64,000 nt of DNA from an uncultured Pelagibacteraceae bacterium (GTDB taxonomy: Bacteria > Pseudomonadota > Alphaproteobacteria > Pelagibacterales > Pelagibacteraceae): NCBI GenBank assembly GCA_902595125.1, contig CACJOY010000005.1:2433-66432 (forward strand), read 5' to 3'. The notes under the pieces were generated by a model. It saw only the letters and a program-made list of their open reading frames with translations, was not told the DNA's origin and searched no databases. Below, one piece after another: positions 1-10,018 of this stretch. Numbering within the stretch: position 1 is the first letter of the stretch; every line of letters begins with the position of its first letter. The position numbers and the translations under genes are program-made.

Positions 1-750
1 TCAGGAGATGATTTTATTGTATTGGATAATGAAAAAGAGGCCAAAACATTGAGTGAAAATAGAGCCCAAGAGAGGAAGGAAGGAAAAAATCCTTTAACTT
101 TTGCAACACAAGAGTCAGCGTTCACTGATAAGTCTACTGAAGAATTAAACTTAATAATTAAGTCTGATGTCCATGGGTCTTCGGAGGCTATAAAAAATGC
201 TGTAAGTCAAATTAAACATGATGAAGTTAAGCCAAATATAATTTTGTCTGATATTGGTATGGTTACAGAAACAGATGTAACTTTGGCTAAAGCATCAAAC
301 GCAGTCTTAATAGCTTTTAATGTTAAACCAAGTAAAGAAGCAAAAAAACTTGCTGAAAATGAAAATATTAAAATTTCATCGTATAATATTATTTATGAAG
401 TGTTAGATTATATTAAAAAGAAAATGTCAGGCTTATTGTCTCCTGATGTTAAAGAGACAATTATTGGTACAGCTCAAATTTTAGAAATATTTAAAGTTTC
501 TGGTGCTGGAAAAGTAGCAGGTTCTAAAGTCACAGAGGGTGAAATTACAAATGTCTCTGAGGTGAGAATTATTAGAGATGGAGCTGTAATTTATACAGGA
601 AAAGTTGGAACTTTATTTAGGGAAAAAAATCAAGTAAAAGAGGTTAGTAATGGCCAAGAATGTGGAATTACAGTCAAAGATTATATGGATTTTCAAAAAA
701 ATGATACTATTGAGGCTTTCAGTAAAACGTCTACAGAAAGGTCAATTTAA
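1..750 (+). CDS. infB: Translation initiation factor IF-2, C-terminal part (5' end outside window)
   Basis: Frame is open from base 1 (SGDDFIVLDNEKEAK...). Contains IIKSDVHGSSEAI, IGMVTETDVTLA, YNIIYEVLD and ECGI motifs of IF2 domains; precedes rbfA. Confidence 0.97.
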   Translation, partial: SGDDFIVLDNEKEAKTLSENRAQERKEGKNPLTFATQESAFTDKSTEELNLIIKSDVHGSSEAIKNAVSQIKHDEVKPNIILSDIGMVTETDVTLAKASNAVLIAFNVKPSKEAKKLAENENIKISSYNIIYEVLDYIKKKMSGLLSPDVKETIIGTAQILEIFKVSGAGKVAGSKVTEGEITNVSEVRIIRDGAVIYTGKVGTLFREKNQVKEVSNGQECGITVKDYMDFQKNDTIEAFSKTSTERSI

Positions 751-1118
751 TGGCTGATAGAATAGGGAAACCAATATCACAAAGACAGCTTAGAGTTGGT
801 GAAATGATTAAACAGTCTTTAAGCATGATTTTTATTAGAAATGAGGCTAAGGTTCCGAATTTAGAAACTAATACTATAACTGTAACAGAGGTAAGAATGA
901 GTCAGGACCTTAAAATTGCTAAAGCATATGTTCTTCCATTAGGGGGTAAAAATGCTGAAGAAATAATTCAGGTTTTAAAAGAGTACTCATTTTTAATTAG
1001 AAAAATTTTATCACAGAAAGTCGATATGAAATTTCTTCCAAAACTACTTTTTAGAAAAGATGAATCTTTTGAGTATGCTGAAAAAATTGAAAATTTAATT
1101 AAACAAACGAACAAATAG
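750..1118 (+). CDS. rbfA: Ribosome-binding factor A
   Basis: RQLRVGEMIK...TVTEVRMSQDLKIAKAYV...PKLLFRKDESFEYA; TAATG overlap with infB. Confidence 0.96.
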   Translation: MADRIGKPISQRQLRVGEMIKQSLSMIFIRNEAKVPNLETNTITVTEVRMSQDLKIAKAYVLPLGGKNAEEIIQVLKEYSFLIRKILSQKVDMKFLPKLLFRKDESFEYAEKIENLIKQTNK

Positions 1119-1130
1119 GAAAAATAAGAT

Positions 1131-1379
1131 ATGAATAAAAATGCACAAGAGTTAGCAGCGCATGACAAAGACACTGGATCTTCAGAGATACAGATAGCTT
1201 TGCTAACAGATAAAATTGAAACTCTTTCAAATCATATAAAGAAGTTTAAAAAAGACAAACATTCTTCAGTAGGATTGTTGAGAGCGGTAAACAGAAGAAA
1301 AAAATTGTTAGAATACTTGAAAAAAAATAAAATGGACTCTTACAAAAATGTACTGTCGAAATTGAATTTAAGAAAATAA
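1131..1379 (+). CDS. rpsO: 30S ribosomal protein S15
   Basis: DTGSSEIQIALLT...KDKHSSVGLL...RRKKLLEYL; lies before pnp. Confidence 0.97.
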   Translation: MNKNAQELAAHDKDTGSSEIQIALLTDKIETLSNHIKKFKKDKHSSVGLLRAVNRRKKLLEYLKKNKMDSYKNVLSKLNLRK

Positions 1380-1403
1380 AGATCAAGAAAGATAGAGCTG
1401 ATT

Positions 1404-1439
1404 GGAACGAAACGAACGAAACGAAATGGAAATGAAATG
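1404..1439 (+). repeat. Imperfect short tandem repeat (GAAC/GAAAC/GAAAT units) running into the pnp start codon
   Basis: GGAACGAAACGAACGAAACGAAATGGAAATGAAATG read directly. Confidence 0.8.
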
Positions 1440-3509
1440 TTTAAAGTATATAAAAAAGAAATTGAAGTAGCAGGAAAAAAAATAAGTTTAGAGACAGGTA
1501 AAGTAGCAAGACAGGCAGATGGAGCAATAATAGCAACTAGTGGTGAAACAGTTATTTTAGCAACAGTCGTAGGAGCAAAGAAGGTAAATCCAGACATGGA
1601 TTATTTTCCACTCTCTGTAAATTACCAAGAAAAATATTACGCTGGTGGAAAAATTCCTGGTGGTTATTTTAAAAGAGAAGCAAGACCAACTGAAAGCGAA
1701 ACCCTAATATCAAGATTAATTGATAGGCCAATAAGACCTTTATTTCCTGATGAATTCAAAAATGAGGTACAGTTATTACCAACTGTAATTTCATATGACA
1801 AAGAAAGCCAACCAGATATTTTAGCTATTACTGCCTCATCGGCAGCACTCGCAATTTCTGGTATGCCTTTTATGGGACCTATAGGTGCGTCTAGAGTAGG
1901 ATTTGTTGACGGTAAGTACATTCTTAATCCATCAAAATCTGAATTAGAAAATTCCAGATTAGATTTAGTTGTAGCAGGCACCAAAGATGCCGTGCTTATG
2001 GTTGAGTCTGAAGCAAATGGTTTGACTGAGGAAGAAATGTTAAATGCAGTTAAATTTGGTCATGAGGGTTTTGTTCCAGTGATACAAATGATTGAAGAAC
2101 TTGCTAAAGAATGTCGAAAGCCTGAATGGTCTGTTGAGAAAAAAGACTTGTCGGAGGTTAAGAAAAAACTCGAGGCAACATTTACTGACGATCTTAAAAA
2201 GGCATTTGCAACAAAAGATAAACAAGATAGATCAAACCAAATTTCAGACATTACTGATAAAGCTAAAAAACTTTATGAAGAAGATGAAAACTATACTGAT
2301 CTTGATGTAAACAGCCAATTAAAAAGTTTAGAAAAATCTATCGTAAGAACTGACATCCTCAAGAATAAAAATAGAATTGATGGCAGAGGTTTGTCTGATG
2401 TAAGAGCTATTTCATGTGAAGTTGGAGTTTTACCAAGAACTCATGGCTCTGCATTATTTACTAGAGGTGAAACTCAAGCAATAGTAGTTACTACTTTAGG
2501 CACATCTGATGATGAGCAAAGACTAGAAAGCTTAGATGGTCAAAACAGAGAAAGATTTATGCTTCACTATAATTTTCCTCCCTTCTCAGTTGGTGAAACT
2601 GGAAGAATTGGAACCGGAAGACGTGAGATTGGCCATGGTAAATTAGCTTGGAGAGCAATAAATTCCTCACTTCCTTCAAAAGAGTCTTTCCCGTATACTT
2701 TTAGAATAGTATCTGAAATTACTGAGTCTAATGGCTCTTCTTCAATGGCTACTGTTTGTGGGGCTTCTTTAGCATTAATGGATGCTGGAGTTCCAATTAA
2801 AGAGCCTGTCGCAGGTATTGCAATGGGTTTAATTAAAGAGGGTAATGATTTTAGTGTTCTATCAGATATTTTAGGTGATGAAGATCATTTAGGTGATATG
2901 GACTTCAAAGTTGCTGGAACTAAAGATGGAATTACTTCACTTCAAATGGATATCAAGATTACTGGTATTACTTTTGAAATCATGGAGCAGGCATTAAAAC
3001 AGGCTAAAGATGGAAGAATTCACATCTTAAGCGAAATGAATAAAGCATTATCAGCTTCAAGAGAAGATGTTGGCAAACACACTCCTAAAATGGAACAGGT
3101 GACTGTTGATAAAAAAGACATAGCAGCTGTAATTGGAAAAGGTGGAGCAACAATCAGAGAAATTGTTGAAAAATCAGGTGCAAAAGTTGATGTTAACGAT
3201 GAAGGAGTTGTAACAGTTGCTGCTCCAGATGAAGAGTCTAGAAATATCGCGATGCAAATGATCAAAGACATCACTGCAAAAGCTGAACTAAATAAAATTT
3301 ATTCAGGAAAAGTAATGAAGATAATGGAATTTGGTGCATTCGTTAATTTTTTAGGAAAGCAGGATGGACTTGTTCATATTTCTGAATTAGCAGATAAAAG
3401 AGTTGCTAAAGTTACTGATGTTGTCAAAGAAGGTGATGAAGTCAAAGTTAAAGTCATAGGTTTTGACAGAGGTAAAGTAAAACTTTCGATTAAACAGGCT
3501 GTAGTCTAA
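1437..3509 (+). CDS. pnp: Polyribonucleotide nucleotidyltransferase (PNPase)
   Basis: [61 protein letters not shown]; C-terminal KH and S1 domains. Confidence 0.99.
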   Translation: MFKVYKKEIEVAGKKISLETGKVARQADGAIIATSGETVILATVVGAKKVNPDMDYFPLSVNYQEKYYAGGKIPGGYFKREARPTESETLISRLIDRPIRPLFPDEFKNEVQLLPTVISYDKESQPDILAITASSAALAISGMPFMGPIGASRVGFVDGKYILNPSKSELENSRLDLVVAGTKDAVLMVESEANGLTEEEMLNAVKFGHEGFVPVIQMIEELAKECRKPEWSVEKKDLSEVKKKLEATFTDDLKKAFATKDKQDRSNQISDITDKAKKLYEEDENYTDLDVNSQLKSLEKSIVRTDILKNKNRIDGRGLSDVRAISCEVGVLPRTHGSALFTRGETQAIVVTTLGTSDDEQRLESLDGQNRERFMLHYNFPPFSVGETGRIGTGRREIGHGKLAWRAINSSLPSKESFPYTFRIVSEITESNGSSSMATVCGASLALMDAGVPIKEPVAGIAMGLIKEGNDFSVLSDILGDEDHLGDMDFKVAGTKDGITSLQMDIKITGITFEIMEQALKQAKDGRIHILSEMNKALSASREDVGKHTPKMEQVTVDKKDIAAVIGKGGATIREIVEKSGAKVDVNDEGVVTVAAPDEESRNIAMQMIKDITAKAELNKIYSGKVMKIMEFGAFVNFLGKQDGLVHISELADKRVAKVTDVVKEGDEVKVKVIGFDRGKVKLSIKQAVV

Positions 3510-3516
3510 TAAAATA

Positions 3517-4188
3517 ATGTTAGAAATTTTATATAATATTTATCAAAAAATTGCTTATGGAGATATAAATTACGCAATATTTTTATTAAACTATTTGATA
3601 TGTGCAATAAGTGGTTTTGCTATAATATTTTTTAATTCTTTTTATGGATTTACCTATTTTAGAGATAAGTTTCACATCTATTTAGGAATATTATTACCAA
3701 TCATTGGCTATACAATTACATTGATAATTGGATCTAATATTGCCCTAAGTCTTGGTATGATTGGTGCTTTGTCAATCATTCGTTTTAGAACACCAGTAAG
3801 GTCAAGCTATGAGTTAGTTATTTATTTTTTACTTTTAACTATTGGAATAACTGCATCTGTAGATACTATGGTTACTATAATTTTAACTATAGTTTCACTG
3901 TTAATTTTAGCTTTATTAAGTATAATTTTTAAAAAAAATATATTAGAGTTTTCAGGTAAAAAAAATTTAGAGACTTCAAAAATTACATTAAGTTTTTCCC
4001 TAAAAAATAACAATCAAAATATTAATGAGCTAATTTCAGAAAATAAAAGTATCAACGTATCGATTAAAAAAGATGGAAATTTCTACTTAATAAGCGGTAC
4101 AATTGAATTTCTGAATATTTCGAGATTAGAAAATTTTATAAAAAAGAACGAGGAGAAACTCTTGTCCTATGAGATTTATAAAAATTAG
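3517..4188 (+). CDS. DUF4956-family integral membrane protein
   Basis: Several hydrophobic helices and the family signature SNIALSLGMIGALSIIRFRTPVR..YELV.YFLLLTIGI, recognised from memory of the family; soluble C-terminal tail. Confidence 0.8.
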   Translation: MLEILYNIYQKIAYGDINYAIFLLNYLICAISGFAIIFFNSFYGFTYFRDKFHIYLGILLPIIGYTITLIIGSNIALSLGMIGALSIIRFRTPVRSSYELVIYFLLLTIGITASVDTMVTIILTIVSLLILALLSIIFKKNILEFSGKKNLETSKITLSFSLKNNNQNINELISENKSINVSIKKDGNFYLISGTIEFLNISRLENFIKKNEEKLLSYEIYKN

Positions 4189-6316
4189 AAAAAATTTAAC
4201 AATTATTTTTTTCTTCCTTTTTTTTAATTCTTTCGTTCATGCAGATATAAATTTTGCAACCTCAATACCTAAAGAATTTTATTTTAAACTTTCACCTAAA
4301 GATAGCAGTGGTTTTAATAAAAACTTATTCGAAGCGTTTGTAGACGGCGATACAAAAAGAAAAGACAATATTAAAAAAAAGTATAAAAAATGGTTTAAAG
4401 CTGAACTTTTTACCGATAAAAACAATCTTATCCAAACTAAAATTCGACTAATGGGAAATTGGAAGGATCATTTAAGACCGCCAATATCAAGTTTAAAGGT
4501 TAAGATTATTGATGATAATAGTGTGTCGGGCATGAGACGTTTTAGATTATTTTTACCAAGAACCAGAAATAACGATAATGAAATTTTTTTTACTACAATT
4601 TTAAGATATATAGGTTTTCCAAGTTATTATTCGTCGAATGTAGATGTAAAATTCAATGGAAAAATTTACAAAGCGATTTTACAAGAAGATGCGTCCAAAG
4701 AATTTCTTGAAAGAAATTTTATCCAAGAACTACCAATTTTAAAAATTGATGAGTATAATTATAACAAAGACGAAGAATCTTTAGAGTATTACAACAGTCA
4801 AAAAATAAAGAATTCCTACATAATAGAAAATAGAAAATTTCTCAAAAAAAATTATTCTGAGGAAATAGTTTCAAATGCAATATATTTAGCGAATTCAAAT
4901 ACTTTTAAAAATAGAGTACACAATAATGCCTTTTTCGAGTCTTTGATGTTGAAATATGCAAAACACGCATTACCAGAACATAATAGAAGATATATTTATG
5001 TACCATATACTAATACTTTTATTCCTCTCTATTATGATGGTAATGTAAATTTTCCTATTTTGGAGGAAAAAAAAAATTGTAAGATTTTAAACTCTTTAAT
5101 CTCTAAATTTGAAAATTTTAAGAATGAGTATTACGTTTTAAGTAAAAAAAACTTATCAAAAAAAATGGAGTGTATTGCTGTTGAAATATTAAATTCATAC
5201 GGGGAAATGCACAAAGAGGGAAAACTTTTTCAAGAAAATCAAATTAATGAAGAAATTGAATTTAGCAAAAATTTTTTACTATTAACAAAAAAAATTAAAG
5301 ATTTTATAAATAATAATGAACCCATTTTAAGTATTGAGAATAAAAGTCACGGATATAGCTACTCATTTATGTATAATAAAAAATTTTATAAGTGTTTTTT
5401 GAAATTTAATGTCGATGATGTTTTGGGGTGTGTAGAGCTATCAAAAAAAGATTATGATAAAATATTGTCTAGGGGACAAAAGCTTAAAAAAAATAGTACA
5501 TCGATCAAATTAGCAAATATAAATATAGGTAATTTAGATTATTTTGATAATGTAAGGTTTTTAAAATTTGATAAAGATAAAGAAAATATTGACTATAATA
5601 TTAATAAAAAATTTATTTATATATTAAATGTTGAAGAAAATATAAAACCAAAAAAAATTACGGTAAAATTTCAAAATTTAGATTCAAAATTAATTATTAC
5701 AGGAGATCTTAGTAATCATGAGATCATTTTGGAAAACGAGATAGATATTGCAAATCTTAATTTTTTACCAGGAAATGATATTAATTATTTAAACGGTTGT
5801 ACATCTATTATAAGTGCAAAATTGTCTAATACTAAGATATATGCAAGTAATTTTTATTGTGAAGATGCTTTGAATATTATTAAATCTGAAGGAAACATAG
5901 ATAATATTGAAATTAAAGACTCATTGTTTGATGCAGTTGATTTTGATTTTTCAGATCTAAATATTTCAAATATAAAAATAAAAAAAGCTGGCAATGATTG
6001 TCTAGATTTATCTTTTGGTAATTACCAAGTAAAAAAAGGAGAATTTTTAGAATGTCATGACAAAGGCGTATCATTAGGTGAGAAATCAAAAGGAGATTTT
6101 GATTATATAAAAATTTTAGACTCAAAATATGGGCTTGTTTCAAAAGATAGTAGCATAGCAAATATTTTTAAATTATCAGGAAAAAATATTTCAAAATTTT
6201 GTTTAAGTGCATATAAAAAAAAACAAGAATTTGGTGGAGGAAAAATAAATTTTACAAATGTGAAATGTAATAAAGAATTCTATAATGACGAATTTAGCAT
6301 AATAACAAGAAATTAA
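4169..6316 (+). CDS. Secreted CotH-kinase-like protein with C-terminal right-handed beta-helix
   Basis: Signal-peptide-like N-terminus (..FFFLFFNSFVHA-D). KIRLMG.WKDH..SSLKVK..GMRRFRL..PRTR..NE..V.FNG..LQE...KEFLE and HNRRY.Y.P...PLYYDG resemble CotH-type kinase motifs. C-terminus has beta-helix-like repeats (EDALNII, DAVDFDFS, NDCLDLSFG, DKGVSLGE). Confidence 0.62.
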   Translation: MRFIKIRKNLTIIFFFLFFNSFVHADINFATSIPKEFYFKLSPKDSSGFNKNLFEAFVDGDTKRKDNIKKKYKKWFKAELFTDKNNLIQTKIRLMGNWKDHLRPPISSLKVKIIDDNSVSGMRRFRLFLPRTRNNDNEIFFTTILRYIGFPSYYSSNVDVKFNGKIYKAILQEDASKEFLERNFIQELPILKIDEYNYNKDEESLEYYNSQKIKNSYIIENRKFLKKNYSEEIVSNAIYLANSNTFKNRVHNNAFFESLMLKYAKHALPEHNRRYIYVPYTNTFIPLYYDGNVNFPILEEKKNCKILNSLISKFENFKNEYYVLSKKNLSKKMECIAVEILNSYGEMHKEGKLFQENQINEEIEFSKNFLLLTKKIKDFINNNEPILSIENKSHGYSYSFMYNKKFYKCFLKFNVDDVLGCVELSKKDYDKILSRGQKLKKNSTSIKLANINIGNLDYFDNVRFLKFDKDKENIDYNINKKFIYILNVEENIKPKKITVKFQNLDSKLIITGDLSNHEIILENEIDIANLNFLPGNDINYLNGCTSIISAKLSNTKIYASNFYCEDALNIIKSEGNIDNIEIKDSLFDAVDFDFSDLNISNIKIKKAGNDCLDLSFGNYQVKKGEFLECHDKGVSLGEKSKGDFDYIKILDSKYGLVSKDSSIANIFKLSGKNISKFCLSAYKKKQEFGGGKINFTNVKCNKEFYNDEFSIITRN

Positions 6317-6909
6317 TGAAGAGATATGAAATAAAATTTGATGTTACTGGATATGATTTAACAAATCTTATAACTGAATTACAAATGATTTATCTTTATC
6401 CTCAAAGAAAAATAATTTCAACTTATTATGATACTATATATTTAAAATATTTTAATGATAGTGAAGAAGGGTTATTGCCTAGAAAAAAAGTTAGGGTTAG
6501 AAATTATGAAAATGACAAAAATTTGAATTTAGAAATTAAAGAAACAGAGATAGATTTTCGAAAAAAATTAGTATTAAGTAATATAGATGATAAAAAAGTA
6601 AATGATCTATTAATGAAAAATCACAAATATGATGAAATAGTTTCACCTAAATTGAGAGTTATTTACAACAGAAAATACTTTAAATGCAAGTATGGAAGAA
6701 TTACATATGATTTTAATATTAATTATTTTGATTTAATGTTAGGAAATTTTAATCGAATTTTTTCGCAAAAAAAAATATTAGAACTTAAAAATACAGATTT
6801 AAAACTTAAAGATGAATTTATTAAAAATTTTTCTTTAAAAAATGTAAGATTTTCAAAATATTGTGATGGCATAAGTTCTTTTAAAGATTTTAAAAAAAAA
6901 CAAGCTTGA
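6316..6909 (+). CDS. VTC-domain (polyphosphate polymerase-like, CYTH/TTM tunnel fold) protein
   Basis: RYEIKF, STYYDT, RKKVRVRNY, LEIKE, RITYD, ILELK and RFSKY motifs match the VTC/CYTH-like family; TAATG overlap with the upstream gene. Confidence 0.82.
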   Translation: MKRYEIKFDVTGYDLTNLITELQMIYLYPQRKIISTYYDTIYLKYFNDSEEGLLPRKKVRVRNYENDKNLNLEIKETEIDFRKKLVLSNIDDKKVNDLLMKNHKYDEIVSPKLRVIYNRKYFKCKYGRITYDFNINYFDLMLGNFNRIFSQKKILELKNTDLKLKDEFIKNFSLKNVRFSKYCDGISSFKDFKKKQA

Positions 6910-6931
6910 CTTTTGTCTTTTTTTATCAGTT

Positions 6932-7717
6932 CTAAGAAAAATTTTTAGGATCTGGCATCCCGACTTTATTATATCCAGCATCAACATAATGAATTTCACC
7001 CGTGACTCCGTTGGCAAGGCTGCTTAATAAATATAGTGCTGAATTCCCAACGTCATGGATATCCACGTTTCTTTTTAGTAAAGAATGGTCTTCATTCCAT
7101 TTATATAGGAATTTTGCATCTCCAATGGCTGAAGCAGCTAATGTTTTAATAGGTCCTGCACTTATTGCATTTACTCTCATACCTTTAGCACCCAAGTCTC
7201 TTGCAAGATACTTAACGCTAGATTCTAAAGCAGCCTTACAAACACCCATTACATTGTAATTTGGGATAGCTTTATTTGCTTCGTAACTTAGAGTGATCAG
7301 ACTTCCACCTTCCTTCATCACTTTAGATGCTTCTTTTGCAACTTCCGTAAATGAGAAACATGAAATTAACATGCTTCTTAAAAAGTTTTCTCTTGTAGTG
7401 TTTAAATATTCACCAGATAATTCTGACTTATCTGAAAATGCAATTGCATGAACTACAAAATCAATTTCACCCCATTGAGATTTTACATCTTCAAATAATT
7501 TTGTTACGTCTTCTTTTTTTTCAACATCACAGCTAAATGTTACTTTTGAATTTAATTTTTCAGCTAAAGGAATTACTCTTTTTTTTAAAGCATCACCAAG
7601 ATAAGTGAATGCAAGTTCAGCTCCAGCTTCTGCAAGTTTTTGTGAAATACCCCATGCAATAGATCTCTCATTGGCAACACCCATAATTAATCCTTTTTTA
7701 CCTTTCATTAAACTCAT
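6932..7717 (-). CDS. fabI: Enoyl-ACP reductase (NADH)
   Basis: GLIMGVANERSIAWGI, YNVMGVCKAALE, RVNAISAGPIKTLAA. Confidence 0.97.
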   Translation of the reverse strand: MSLMKGKKGLIMGVANERSIAWGISQKLAEAGAELAFTYLGDALKKRVIPLAEKLNSKVTFSCDVEKKEDVTKLFEDVKSQWGEIDFVVHAIAFSDKSELSGEYLNTTRENFLRSMLISCFSFTEVAKEASKVMKEGGSLITLSYEANKAIPNYNVMGVCKAALESSVKYLARDLGAKGMRVNAISAGPIKTLAASAIGDAKFLYKWNEDHSLLKRNVDIHDVGNSALYLLSSLANGVTGEIHYVDAGYNKVGMPDPKNFS

Positions 7718-7719
7718 AT

Positions 7720-8931
7720 TTAAACCTTTTCAAAAATTAAAGCAGCATTAGTTCCACCAAAACCAAAGCTATTTGACATTACTGTATTTAAAGTTGCACC
7801 AGTTTCTGTTTTTGCAACTATTGGAAATTTTTTTGCCTCTTCATCCATTTCATTTATATTTGCTGATCCAGCAATAAAATTATTTTTCATCATGATTAAA
7901 CAATAAATTGCTTCATGAACTGACGCAGCTCCTAATGGATGACCCGATAAAGATTTTGTTGAACTAATTTTTGGAATATTATCTCCAAAAGTATTTTTAA
8001 CAGAATTTAATTCTGTAATGTCTCCAACTGGAGTAGAAGTTCCGTGAGTATTAATATAATCAATTTTATTTTTAGCTGTAGCCATTGCCATTTGCATACA
8101 TCTTACAGCTCCTTCACCTGATGGTGCTACCATATCATATCCATCTGAAGTTGCTCCATAACCAGTTAATTCCGCATATATTTTAGCACCTCTTGCTTTA
8201 GCATGTTCGTATTCTTCAAGCACTAATACACCGCCACCACCAGCAATTACAAAACCATCTCTAGTTTTATCGTACGCTCTTGATGCAGTCTCTGGAGTAT
8301 CATTATATTTTGATGATAGAGCGGTCATGGCATCAAACATTGCAGTCATGGCCCAATGTATTTCTTCACTACCACCTGCAAATACAACATCTTGTTTACC
8401 CATTTGAATTAACTCCATAGAGTTACCTATACAGTGTCCGCTAGTTGCACATGCAGAACTCATTGTATAATTTGTTCCTTTAATTTTAAAAGGAACTGCT
8501 AATGTTGCAGATGCTGTACTTGCCATTGTTCTTGGCACAATAAAAGGTCCCATTAACTTTGGGGTTTTCGCTCTAGTTTTATCTGCTGCTAGAATTACAT
8601 TTTCAATTGAAGGTCCTCCTGAACCCATTACAATTCCAGTTTTAAAATTACTTACTTCTTTTTCTTCAAGTCCAGAGTCTGCAATCGCTTCTTTCATTGC
8701 AATGTAATTATAAGCAGATCCTGAACCCATAAATCTGATTGTTTTTCTGTCGATATGGTCTTCAAGTTTTATTTTTGGCTTACCATGTACATGACTTTTT
8801 AAATTGTGTTCTTTGTATTCTTCACTAAATGATATCCCAGATTTAGAATTTAAAAGAGATTGATGAACTTCTTCTTGATTGTTACCTAAACAAGATACCA
8901 CTCCTAAACCTGTAACCACTACCCTTCTCAT
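7720..8931 (-). CDS. fabB: Beta-ketoacyl-ACP synthase I
   Basis: [46 protein letters not shown]. Confidence 0.97.
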   Translation of the reverse strand: MRRVVVTGLGVVSCLGNNQEEVHQSLLNSKSGISFSEEYKEHNLKSHVHGKPKIKLEDHIDRKTIRFMGSGSAYNYIAMKEAIADSGLEEKEVSNFKTGIVMGSGGPSIENVILAADKTRAKTPKLMGPFIVPRTMASTASATLAVPFKIKGTNYTMSSACATSGHCIGNSMELIQMGKQDVVFAGGSEEIHWAMTAMFDAMTALSSKYNDTPETASRAYDKTRDGFVIAGGGGVLVLEEYEHAKARGAKIYAELTGYGATSDGYDMVAPSGEGAVRCMQMAMATAKNKIDYINTHGTSTPVGDITELNSVKNTFGDNIPKISSTKSLSGHPLGAASVHEAIYCLIMMKNNFIAGSANINEMDEEAKKFPIVAKTETGATLNTVMSNSFGFGGTNAALIFEKV

Positions 8932-9431
8932 TATTTAAATAGACCTACTTTTAAGCTATCCGCTGAATATATTTTTTTGTCATCAGCTAATACCACTCCA
9001 TTAGCTAAGCCGACAGTTGTCCCTCCTGGAGACATAATTTTTTTCATATCAATTTCATATCTTACTAATTTTATGTTTTGTAAGACTTCACCAGTAAATT
9101 TCACAGTTCCAACACCCAAAGCCCTTCCCTTTCCTGGGTTTCCTATCCATCCTAAGTAAAAACCAACCAGTTGCCACATAGCATCAAGACCTAAACATCC
9201 TGGCATCACTGGGTCTTCTCTAAAATGGCAATCAAAAAACCACAGATCTTTTTTAATATCTAATTCAGCTTTTAAACATCCTTTTTTGAAAGCTCCTTTA
9301 TTATCATTAATTTCTGTTATTCTATCAAACATGAGCATAGGAGGAAGAGGTAACTTTGCATTTCCTGGCCCAAAAAGCTTTCCTTCACCACAATTTAGAA
9401 GCTCGTCATATGAGTAAGAGTTTTTTTTCAT
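8931..9431 (-). CDS. fabA: 3-hydroxydecanoyl-ACP dehydratase/isomerase
   Basis: [38 protein letters not shown]. Confidence 0.98.
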   Translation of the reverse strand: MKKNSYSYDELLNCGEGKLFGPGNAKLPLPPMLMFDRITEINDNKGAFKKGCLKAELDIKKDLWFFDCHFREDPVMPGCLGLDAMWQLVGFYLGWIGNPGKGRALGVGTVKFTGEVLQNIKLVRYEIDMKKIMSPGGTTVGLANGVVLADDKKIYSADSLKVGLFK

Positions 9432-9491
9432 AAACTTGATTACTCCTTATTTACTTGATTTTAGCATTTTATAATATAATTATAATAGTAG

Positions 9492-9508
9492 TTTAGAATA
9501 ATTATAAC
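9492..9508 (+). promoter_or_regulatory. Irr-binding ICE-like operator upstream of irr
   Basis: TTTAGAATAATTATAAC matches the alphaproteobacterial ICE consensus TTTRGAAYNRTTCYAAA at 15 of 17 positions. Confidence 0.55.
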
Positions 9509-9526
9509 TAACAATATGTTAAAATC

Positions 9527-9925
9527 GTGAAATATATAGATAAACTAAGAAATTCTGGATTAAGACCTACAAAACAAAGACTTCAAATATGTGAAGTCTT
9601 ATTTAGTACCGAAAAAACATTTCATTTTACTATAAACGACTTGGAACAAAAAATTAAAAATAAGATAAACAATAAAATATCTTTAGCAACTATTTATAAT
9701 ACAGTTCATGCATTTGAAAAAAAAGGATATTTAAAACAAATTCCTATAAATTCAAACCAGACCTATTTTGATACCAACGTTACAGATCATCATCATTTTT
9801 ATGATTTAAAAAATGAAAAACTCATCGACCTAGAAAATTCAGATGTAGGACCTATAAACATTAAAAGAAAAATTAATGGAAAGAAAATTAAGTCTGTTGA
9901 AGTTCTAGTGAAACTTGAAGATTAA
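9527..9925 (+). CDS. irr: Fur-family iron response regulator (Irr type)
   Basis: GLRPTKQRL, HFT, ISLATIYNTV, YFDTN..DHHHFY; divergent from fabA as for rhizobial irr; GTG start. Confidence 0.8.
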   Translation: MKYIDKLRNSGLRPTKQRLQICEVLFSTEKTFHFTINDLEQKIKNKINNKISLATIYNTVHAFEKKGYLKQIPINSNQTYFDTNVTDHHHFYDLKNEKLIDLENSDVGPINIKRKINGKKIKSVEVLVKLED

Positions 9926-9958
9926 GTTATCAATTAATCCAGCGTCATTATTAACCAA

Positions 9959-9987
9959 TTGACACTTGTTTAGAATCATTATAAACA
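9959..9987 (+). promoter_or_regulatory. sigma70-type katG promoter overlapped by an ICE-like operator (9969-9985)
   Basis: TTGACA at 9959-9964, then TTTAGAATCATTATAAA (16/17 match to ICE consensus) spanning the spacer and -10 region. Confidence 0.65.
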
Positions 9988-10018
9988 GGATTTACACTAA
10001 ATTACATGGGGAAAATAA

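Noticed and set aside
6907-6931. Terminator between the VTC gene and fabI
   Set aside because: Only a 3-bp stem (GAC-TTTT-GTC); too weak to support.
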